A stretch of DNA of 32,000 nt from Pirellula staleyi DSM 6068 (lineage in GTDB: Bacteria > Planctomycetota > Planctomycetia > Pirellulales > Pirellulaceae): NCBI GenBank assembly GCA_000025185.1, contig CP001848.1, positions 1,140,001 through 1,172,000 on the forward strand, given 5' to 3'. Below, piece after piece: positions 25,890 through 32,000 of this stretch. The notes beneath the pieces are model-generated. The model did no database searches and was not told where the DNA came from. It saw nothing but the letters and a program-made list of their open reading frames with translations. Within the stretch, counting starts at the first letter, position 1, and the number at the start of each line of letters is the position of its first letter. Both the position numbers and the translations under genes were made by a program.

Positions 25890-26453
25890 TCAATCAAAGG
25901 ACCTACTAGTATCGGTCCACTCGTGAGGAATTCTATCAACGGGCATCAAACCCGAACCAGACTCAATCCATTGAGCAGATGACCATTTCCATTCGTTGGC
26001 CCGAGAAACAAGTCCCTTGCGTACAGGGTTAGCGTGAATGTATTGAATCATTTTCATCAACGTTCCCGGCTCAGTGATATTTCTGTCATAACCTCCACCA
26101 CGTTGCCAAAAGTGAGCCTCCTGTTTATTCGAGGAATTGCCTTGTAACTTGGGTATCCAGTGTGGAGCATGCTTGCGAAGGAATGCCAATGCTTTGCGAG
26201 AAACAGGCCACTTGATTTGATGAAGGACTTCTTCAATTTTGTACTGGGACGCTCCAAAGTGAACGATCATGTGGACATGATTGGGCATGAAAACATAGTC
26301 CCAAAGCGACATCCCTAACTTGGATCGTGCGTCGGAGATAGAATCGGCAAGCCATTGACAAACCCTGTCACGCGATAGAAATGCATAGCCTCTATAACAA
26401 CCAAATGTTAGCTCATGAGCATGTCCAGGATCGTTATAAGATTTGCGATGCAT
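25890..26453 (-). CDS. REP-associated tyrosine transposase-like (IS200/Y1 HUH family)
   Basis: The ATG at 26453 gives 187 aa. It has the HUH motif PNHVHMIV and a candidate catalytic Tyr in MIQYIHANPVRKGL. A purine-rich stretch (GAGAAGAAGAAG) lies upstream. Confidence 0.75.
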   Translation of the reverse strand: MHRKSYNDPGHAHELTFGCYRGYAFLSRDRVCQWLADSISDARSKLGMSLWDYVFMPNHVHMIVHFGASQYKIEEVLHQIKWPVSRKALAFLRKHAPHWIPKLQGNSSNKQEAHFWQRGGGYDRNITEPGTLMKMIQYIHANPVRKGLVSRANEWKWSSAQWIESGSGLMPVDRIPHEWTDTSRSFD

Positions 26454-26492
26454 TGATGCTTCTTCTTCTCTAAAGCTGCAGCTTATCCCGTT

Positions 26493-26530
26493 TCGGGGGC
26501 TTCCGCCGACGCGGAGCGCCCCCGCCACCC
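26493..26530. repeat. Right inverted repeat / REP-like hairpin
   Basis: The reverse complement reads gggtggcgggggcgctc + 13 variable nt + gcccccga. Both arms (17 and 8 nt) are identical to the left copy. Confidence 0.7.
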
Positions 26531-26740
26531 ATCGCAGAGTAAGAACGCGCTATTCGGTTCCACAATTCTTCCCACAGTGGTGCTTCTGGGTGCACTGCTG
26601 GCTTGCCCAGCGTTGCGCAGTTCTATAAAGTCAAAGCTCTGTTGAGTTATGCCAAGCACAGATACCCCAAGGTTCGCGGCATAGATCGTTAGACAAAGTA
26701 CTCTTGAGTACTACAGGAAAAATAGGCGGACTGATCAATA

Positions 26741-26938
26741 ATGTCGAAAATTTACACTTGGAAAATCGTACTTGCTGGGCTTTTGGGAATTGCAATCGGA
26801 CTCGACTGGACGATTGGCAACTTCAAAGCGAACCATCAATACTTCATGGCACCCGTCGGCAAATGGCAGGGACCAGTAGTCTTATTGCTGGGGCTTGTGG
26901 CGCTCACTATTGGCGTGCGAATCCTAAGAGCCCGCTGA
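26741..26938 (+). CDS. Small two-TM membrane protein (65 aa), hypothetical
   Basis: It has an ATG start and two hydrophobic helices (IVLAGLLGIAIGL and VVLLLGLVALTIGV). It is an open frame inside AT-rich sequence, where stop codons are frequent. There is no clear RBS. Confidence 0.35.
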   Translation: MSKIYTWKIVLAGLLGIAIGLDWTIGNFKANHQYFMAPVGKWQGPVVLLLGLVALTIGVRILRAR

Positions 26939-27054
26939 CATATGCCAATCTCGCAGGGATGGCAGTACAAGATGGCCCAGCAGTGGGAAGTTCCGTCATC
27001 TGCGCCGCTGGACAATAGTTGAACTACGAAGCAATCAATCTTCTGCGCACTTGG

Positions 27055-27912
27055 CTACGCGATTCCATAAAAGCCTTCCGCAGTGGTGCGGAAGATTTGC
27101 TCGGTTTCACTTGGGGAAATCGGGCCGAGCGATTCGATTAAGCTGTCGACCACTTGGCTGTAGCTAGCGGCGAGTTCGCACACGGGCCAGTCGCTCCCGA
27201 ACATGCATCGCGCGGGGGAAAACGCATCGAGCGCCACCTGCACATAGGGGCGAAGATCGGCCGGTTTCCAAGCGGTCCAGTCCGCCTCGGTCACCATGCC
27301 CGAGAGCTTGCAGTAGACGTTGGGAAATCTCGCAGCGGCGCGCAGGTGAGGCTCCCAGTTGTCGAGCCGCCCCAGTTTGATCTCGGGTTTGGCGAGGTGA
27401 TTGATCACCAGTTTGAGACTCGGAAATCGCGCGGCAAGTGTGGGGACCAGCGGCAAGTGCTTGACGTACAGCAGCAGATCGTACGGCACCGCGTGCCGCT
27501 CGAGCACCGCAAGACCTCGCAGCACATTCTCGCGCAGCAGCCACTGATCGTCGGGCTCATCCTGCACCACATGCCGAATCCCCACGAGCGAGCCAAGCTG
27601 CTTTGCCTCAATCAGCTGCGCTTCGACATCGTCGCTTTGCAAATCGACCCAGCCGACAACGCCAGCAATAAAATCGTTATCGTGCGCGAGGCTATCAGCC
27701 CACACATTCTCGGCCACGTTGTGCTGCGTTTGCACGGTGATGCAGCGCGCGACACCAGCTTCGCGCATCAGCGGCGCAAGGTCCGCCGGCAAGCGATTCT
27801 TGCAGATCGGCTGTTTGTCGTCCGAGCGCAGCCAGTCGTAGTAAAACGTCGTACCGAGATCCCAAAAGTGCTGGTGAGCATCGATAGCGCGAAGCGAAGG
27901 ATCGAGCGGCAT
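27055..27912 (-). CDS. Amidohydrolase-2 family lactonase, L-fucono-1,5-lactonase-like
   Basis: The ATG at 27912 gives 285 aa. The motifs IDAHQHFW, GVVGWVDL, GIRHVVQDE, VINHLAKP, CKLSGM and FGSDWPV follow the fuconolactonase pattern. Confidence 0.75.
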   Translation of the reverse strand: MPLDPSLRAIDAHQHFWDLGTTFYYDWLRSDDKQPICKNRLPADLAPLMREAGVARCITVQTQHNVAENVWADSLAHDNDFIAGVVGWVDLQSDDVEAQLIEAKQLGSLVGIRHVVQDEPDDQWLLRENVLRGLAVLERHAVPYDLLLYVKHLPLVPTLAARFPSLKLVINHLAKPEIKLGRLDNWEPHLRAAARFPNVYCKLSGMVTEADWTAWKPADLRPYVQVALDAFSPARCMFGSDWPVCELAASYSQVVDSLIESLGPISPSETEQIFRTTAEGFYGIA

Positions 27913-27956
27913 ACTGGCGACATTCCTATCGGATGAGAGCTGAAACGGGCAGCCTG

Positions 27957-28403
27957 CTAATCCATTCGCACGCCGATTGATAGCAGCAGGTTGGCAAAAC
28001 GCTGCGTGTCGGCTGTTTGAATCGTGAGAACGTGATCCGCTGTCGCCACGGCGTCGTAAAAGTCCCACTTGTCGATCGGCTTGAGCTCGAGATTCATCCC
28101 CAGCTTAGCGAGCGTTTGTCGATACTCGTTCCATACGGGCGGGTCGCTGTCGAGCGTGTAGGGATCGTCTTTCGGATAGTTCATCGTGTTGATCTCGTCG
28201 ATCGGAACCGCCGATAGTACGGCCTGCAGCGCTTGATCGCACGTGATCAGTCCCGGCATCAGATTCATGCTGACGACCGTTGCATTAGGCCCCTTCTTCG
28301 ACGATGCCGGATAGTGACCGTCGGCAATCAGAATCTTGGCGTGATGCCCTGCAGCAGCAAGTACGCGGCTGATCTCAGGATGAATGAGCGTGGAACGTAG
28401 CAT
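27957..28403 (-). CDS. fucU: RbsD/FucU family sugar mutarotase
   Basis: MLRSTLIHPEISRVLAAAGHHAKILIADGHYP matches the RbsD/FucU N-terminal pattern. Length is 148 aa, and it is adjacent to the lactonase. Confidence 0.7.
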   Translation of the reverse strand: MLRSTLIHPEISRVLAAAGHHAKILIADGHYPASSKKGPNATVVSMNLMPGLITCDQALQAVLSAVPIDEINTMNYPKDDPYTLDSDPPVWNEYRQTLAKLGMNLELKPIDKWDFYDAVATADHVLTIQTADTQRFANLLLSIGVRMD

Positions 28404-28442
28404 GGAGAGAGCTCGATAGAAGTAAGTGAATGAGTAGTCTGG

Positions 28443-29261
28443 TTAGCGAGGAAAATACTTTTGAAACGTGTGAATGGTTTGCTCGGCAGCGGTCACACTA
28501 TCAGGGAGTGCGAGCGCTTCGGCGGAGAGATAACGATCGTACTTGATCTCCTGGAGCGCTGCAGCGATGGGTCCGTAGTCCATGTGTCCCATACCCGCAG
28601 CGCGGCGATTGCTGTCGACAAAATGGACGTGACCAATGGTGTCACTCGCTGTGCGAATGGCCACAGCGAGATCGGTCTCTTCGATGTTCATATGAAACAG
28701 ATCGGCCAGCAGTTTCACGTTTTTGGTAGACAGTGGCGCGAGCAATTCACTGGCCGCGCGCAGCGTGGTGGCGAGATTGGTCTCGTAACGATTCAGCGGC
28801 TCGTAGATGAGGATTTGACCGTTTTTCTCGGCAAATTCGCCCAGTTCCTCGAGCCCCTCGAGTAGATAGCTCACAGCAGTCTTGCGATCGACAGCGGCAT
28901 CCCAGCGACCTTGCATACTGCCAATGATCGCCGGCGCGCCGATCGCAGCAGCAGCTTCGATCATGCTACGGATGAACAGCTTCGCGGCGTCGCGCTGACT
29001 CTTCTCCGGCTGACAAAGATGCAGTTTGTGCTTCACCCATCCAGCGCCGGTGCCAACCGCAGCGACTGCCAGATCGAGTCCACTGGTGAGCTGCGTGACC
29101 GCATGCGCGGGGATCGCTTCGGGACCCGGCGGAAAGATCTCAATGGCGTCGAAACCAAGTCGGCTCGCCTGGGCAGCAGCAGCTTGCAGGTCGTACCAAA
29201 AGACAAACGGGCCACCTTGCGCTTCGGCCACAAGGCTCACGGTAACAGCAGAGCGAATCAC
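28443..29261 (-). CDS. Sugar phosphate isomerase/epimerase (xylose isomerase-like TIM barrel)
   Basis: The GTG start is preceded by GAGGAA. The motifs FDAIEI, YEPLNRYET and HVHFVDSNR...GHMDY are typical of the family. Confidence 0.75.
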   Translation of the reverse strand: MIRSAVTVSLVAEAQGGPFVFWYDLQAAAAQASRLGFDAIEIFPPGPEAIPAHAVTQLTSGLDLAVAAVGTGAGWVKHKLHLCQPEKSQRDAAKLFIRSMIEAAAAIGAPAIIGSMQGRWDAAVDRKTAVSYLLEGLEELGEFAEKNGQILIYEPLNRYETNLATTLRAASELLAPLSTKNVKLLADLFHMNIEETDLAVAIRTASDTIGHVHFVDSNRRAAGMGHMDYGPIAAALQEIKYDRYLSAEALALPDSVTAAEQTIHTFQKYFPR

Positions 29262-29287
29262 GGAGAGGTTCCTCGATCGAAGTTGAA

Positions 29288-30409
29288 TTAGAGCGTGCGC
29301 GCGAGTGCTTCATCGAGCTTCGCAGGGCGACAGCCAAAGAGTCGTTGATACTCGTCGGCTGTCGGCGCGAGTCGTACCTGCAACTTCGCCGCATGGTTGA
29401 GCGCAATGTCTTTCAGCTGATGATTCAAATGGACATTGCGAAAGCGATCCCACGTTTGATCGGCAAACTCAGCGACATCGCTCACACGATAGGCAATCGT
29501 CGGCACAATCTCTTCAAACAGGAGTGCGCGAAGCCACTTCGCTTTCTCAAGATCGGCCAAAACATCAGCGACCGTCACGGGACCGGTGCCGAAGAACTTA
29601 GCGACCATCGCAGTGTGCAGTCCGTTGAGAATACGGACTTTTCGTAGGTAAAAAGGGGACAAATCACTCACCCAGCGAATTGCCGGATGATCGATCGGCT
29701 GAGGCATCGACGGATCAAGCGGCTGCTGCGCCCAAAGCTGATAAGGCTCGGCGCAAACCAAGTTAGGATCGGTAGTGAGATGTGGATTCGTTGGCTCGGG
29801 ACTCGTCACGATACAATCGACCAAGCTGTTGACCCACTGTGTTTTGTTGGTGACATAGTCGATGAACGCTTCCCCCAGCGACCAGCGCCGCGCTTGTTCG
29901 ACCACCAGATCGCGGAGCTTCGCGCCGTTACTTTCGATCAGCTCGCAGGGCAGCATCACCAGCGGCGCGAGGTCCTTCGCATAGCGCAGGTGCAATAGCT
30001 GCGCGAGCTTGCCGGGAAGCGAGGAAGGTGGAGCATCGCTCGGTGCATCGCCGTCGGCGAGCTTATACCCAGCTTCGGTCGCATTGCTAATCACGAACTT
30101 CAGCGCATCGGTTTGGACGAGTCTTTGCACTTCGCTCCACTGCGTACCGGCGACGAGCGCGCGACTGATGCTCGCCACAAGATCGATGCGCTCCACAGGC
30201 TCGCCATTTTGAAAGCCTCGCACGAGTACGCTGTAGCCTTCCGGGCGAGACGCCAGCGAATCGGCACGCGAACCGGCAGTCGATTGCACAACGACGATCT
30301 TGCCAACAGGCCGACTCGAAGCGTTCGCCTGGTGAATGAATCGATCGCAGAAGGCGCGCAAGAATCGACCAGCGCCGAGCTGCAATACGGTTTCCGAAAG
30401 TTCCGCCAT
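29288..30409 (-). CDS. Mannitol dehydrogenase family oxidoreductase, tagaturonate reductase (UxaB)-like, short form
   Basis: It is collinear with E. coli UxaB: LQLGAGRFLRAF (UxaB IQFGEGNFLRAF), VISNATEAGY, LPCELIESNGAKLR, VRILNGLHTA and FRNVHLNHQL. At 373 aa it lacks about 90 C-terminal residues relative to UxaB. Confidence 0.7.
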   Translation of the reverse strand: MAELSETVLQLGAGRFLRAFCDRFIHQANASSRPVGKIVVVQSTAGSRADSLASRPEGYSVLVRGFQNGEPVERIDLVASISRALVAGTQWSEVQRLVQTDALKFVISNATEAGYKLADGDAPSDAPPSSLPGKLAQLLHLRYAKDLAPLVMLPCELIESNGAKLRDLVVEQARRWSLGEAFIDYVTNKTQWVNSLVDCIVTSPEPTNPHLTTDPNLVCAEPYQLWAQQPLDPSMPQPIDHPAIRWVSDLSPFYLRKVRILNGLHTAMVAKFFGTGPVTVADVLADLEKAKWLRALLFEEIVPTIAYRVSDVAEFADQTWDRFRNVHLNHQLKDIALNHAAKLQVRLAPTADEYQRLFGCRPAKLDEALARTL

Positions 30410-30437
30410 GAGTCTTGATGTCTCCAGCTATTTTGTG

Positions 30438-30457
30438 CGTATTTTTAGAGAGATACG
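30438..30457. promoter_or_regulatory. Degenerate copy (site D) of the 20-bp palindrome family
   Basis: The sequence cgtattttt-ag-agagatacg matches the consensus at 7/9 in each arm. It contains the 7-nt inverted repeat tgcgtat/atacgca. It lies between the Zn-ADH stop and the UxaB-like start. Confidence 0.4.
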
Positions 30458-30470
30458 CAGATTCCTTGTA

Positions 30471-31499
30471 CTACTCGCCGACGTCGACAATCGCTTTGAT
30501 GCAACCGGTTTCGGGTTTCGTCAGCGATGGAAAAATGCCGGCGACATCGGCAAATGCAGGGCGGTGCGTGATCCACGGATTGGTGTCGATCTGACCATTC
30601 TCGATGAGCGAAACGATGCGACTGAAGTCGGCTGAGAGTGCGTTGCGACTGGCTAGAAGTGTCATCTCGCGGCGATGCATCAGCGGATGAACAAACGAAA
30701 TCTCTTGCGTCGTGATCCCGACAAAGACCAGTCGCCCAGCAAAGCCGACGTACTGCAGTGCGCCACTCATCGAGCGATTGTTCCCCGTGGCATCAATCAC
30801 TACTTGGGCGAGCTTCCCTTCAGTAAGCTCTGTGAGCTGCGTTAGTTCGCTGCCGTCCCCTTTCACCTGAATGGTGTTAGTGACACCCATGCTCGTGCGA
30901 ACGAAATCGAGGCGCTGCTCGCTCAGGTCCATCACGATGATGTTTGCGCCTGTAAGCTTCACGAACTCCAGTGCCGAGAGACCGATCGGTCCAGCGCCGA
31001 TAATCAGCACCCACTCACCAGGTTTGGGATTACAGCGATTCACCGCGTGGCAGCCAATGGCGAGGGTCTCGACGAGCGCTAGTTGTTCGTACTCTAGTTT
31101 CGTTGAGATGTGCAGCTTCCGCGCGGGAACGGTGAACTGTGGACGGAGCCCACCATCGCAGTGAACACCGAGCGTTTGATGATGCTCGCAGCAGTTGGTG
31201 TGTCCACGTGTGCAGCTGAAGCATTTTTGGCAATTGATATACGGCTCGACAGCGCAGCGATCGCCCGGCTTGACGTTGGTGACACCTTCGCCGACCGCGA
31301 GCACTTCCACGCCCAACTCGTGTCCAGGAATTCGCGGGTAGCTGAAGAACGGCATCTTGCCGAGATAGCCACTCAGATCCGTTCCACAGATGCCGACGCG
31401 ATGAACGCGCACGACAGCTTCGCCTGGTCCAGGCGCAGCTGGTTCGGCAATATCGATCGTCTTGAAATTCAGCGGAGCTTCGAGAAGCAATGCCTTCAT
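30471..31499 (-). CDS. Zinc-dependent medium-chain alcohol/polyol dehydrogenase
   Basis: It has GICGTDLSGY and GHELGVEV (catalytic Zn ligands), a structural-Zn Cys cluster (CQKCFSCTRGHTNCC) and a Rossmann motif (IIGAGPIGL). Confidence 0.8.
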   Translation of the reverse strand: MKALLLEAPLNFKTIDIAEPAAPGPGEAVVRVHRVGICGTDLSGYLGKMPFFSYPRIPGHELGVEVLAVGEGVTNVKPGDRCAVEPYINCQKCFSCTRGHTNCCEHHQTLGVHCDGGLRPQFTVPARKLHISTKLEYEQLALVETLAIGCHAVNRCNPKPGEWVLIIGAGPIGLSALEFVKLTGANIIVMDLSEQRLDFVRTSMGVTNTIQVKGDGSELTQLTELTEGKLAQVVIDATGNNRSMSGALQYVGFAGRLVFVGITTQEISFVHPLMHRREMTLLASRNALSADFSRIVSLIENGQIDTNPWITHRPAFADVAGIFPSLTKPETGCIKAIVDVGE

Positions 31500-31550
31500 G
31501 GAGAGGTTTCCGGCAAGTGGGGGCGAGTGAATCTGCGTTTGCGGAGTGAA

Positions 31551-31570
31551 TGTATTTCCCTGGAAATACG
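31551..31570. promoter_or_regulatory. Site C of the 20-bp palindrome family
   Basis: The sequence tgtatttcc-ct-ggaaatacg has perfect 8-bp arms (gtatttcc/ggaaatac). Its centre lies about 61 nt upstream of the Zn-ADH start codon. Confidence 0.6.
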
Positions 31571-31586
31571 CACGTTTTGAACAGGA

Positions 31587-32000
31587 CTAGGAAGGGAGCG
31601 GGTCGTTATTCTCGGGCTTGCCTTCGATGTAGAACCAGTTGTGAATCGGCTGGAGAATAGCGAGGACTTCGGCAAGCAATTCTTGGTCGATTGGTTCTTC
31701 CGACCACTTCACCCACTGCTCGACATTGGCCGGATTCGCCGAGCCCACGATGCACGTGGCGAGGTCTTCATTGGCGATCGAGAACTGCACGGCGAGCTTG
31801 GCGATGTCGCTACCTCGCGCGGCACAGTGATCGGCTGCGGCTTTGGCAATCGCACGCACTTCAGGAGTTGCTTTGTGCCACGGTGGCAAAGGTTGATTCG
31901 TAAGCAGTCGCGCCGAGAAAGGGGCGGCGTTCATGATGCCGACATTTTTGCTTTTGAGATAAGGAATCTCATCGGCCAGCATCGTGTTTTGCAGCGTGTA
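31587..32000 (-). CDS. Aldo/keto reductase family protein, C-terminal part (5' end lies beyond the window)
   Basis: The frame is open to the window edge. The C-terminal pattern GIMNAAPFSARLLT...AKLAVQFSIANEDLATCIVGSANPANVEQ resembles AKR aldose dehydrogenases. The catalytic tetrad is not visible in this part. Confidence 0.55.
   Translation of the reverse strand, partial: YTLQNTMLADEIPYLKSKNVGIMNAAPFSARLLTNQPLPPWHKATPEVRAIAKAAADHCAARGSDIAKLAVQFSIANEDLATCIVGSANPANVEQWVKWSEEPIDQELLAEVLAILQPIHNWFYIEGKPENNDPLPS

Larger units (their letters stand above)
25827..26530 (-). mobile_element. RAYT-type HUH transposase unit bracketed by inverted hairpin repeats
   Basis: The 38-nt inverted repeats at 25827-25864 and 26493-26530 enclose the transposase gene. 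The unit lies in an AT-richer patch immediately after the scpA stop. Confidence 0.65.

Noticed and set aside
1-32000. A search for CRISPR arrays, rRNA or tRNA genes, integrases and long direct or inverted duplications.
   Set aside because: None was found by eye. The only repeated elements are the short palindromes and inverted repeats reported above.

Overview
This 32-kb chromosomal window has gene content typical of a Planctomycetota (Pirellulales-like) genome. The clearest taxon marker is a PVC-type heme-binding CxxCH protein. Hand counts of 60-nt samples give roughly 60% GC, with two clearly AT-richer patches. Most genes are housekeeping: PBP4/DacB, MqnE-like radical SAM enzyme, LspA, a DksA/TraR zinc finger, LMW phosphatase, PIN-TRAM YacL-like protein, dGTPase-like HD protein, ABC exporter, CheY-like receiver, two TatA paralogs and ScpA. 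The right end (27055-32000) is a minus-strand sugar catabolic cluster with a fuconolactonase-like amidohydrolase, FucU-like mutarotase, TIM-barrel isomerase, UxaB-like reductase, Zn-ADH and a partial aldo-keto reductase.

The most interesting locus is at the left end (117-3123). It is an isolated three-gene module: an acidic protein, a lambda gpD-like decoration domain fused to an extra domain, and a lambda gpE-like major capsid protein. It has a candidate promoter, a textbook terminator and long internal spacers, and no terminase, portal, protease, tail or integrase gene is visible.

Other notable items:
- A 20-bp palindrome family (CGTATTTCC-NN-GGAAATACG) sits in four intergenic sites, linking the capsid module and the sugar cluster.
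- A single RAYT-type HUH transposase is bracketed by 38-nt hairpin-bearing inverted repeats inside a low-GC patch.
- A 1062-aa secreted protein (BNR propeller, degenerate LmbE-like region, TPR-like segment, CBM9-like domain) is translationally coupled to a long, divergent RNase HII-like protein.
- An AT-rich gene encodes an 8-TM protein of unknown function.

No rRNA, tRNA or CRISPR array was found. All homology calls rest on motif recognition by eye and need profile searches.
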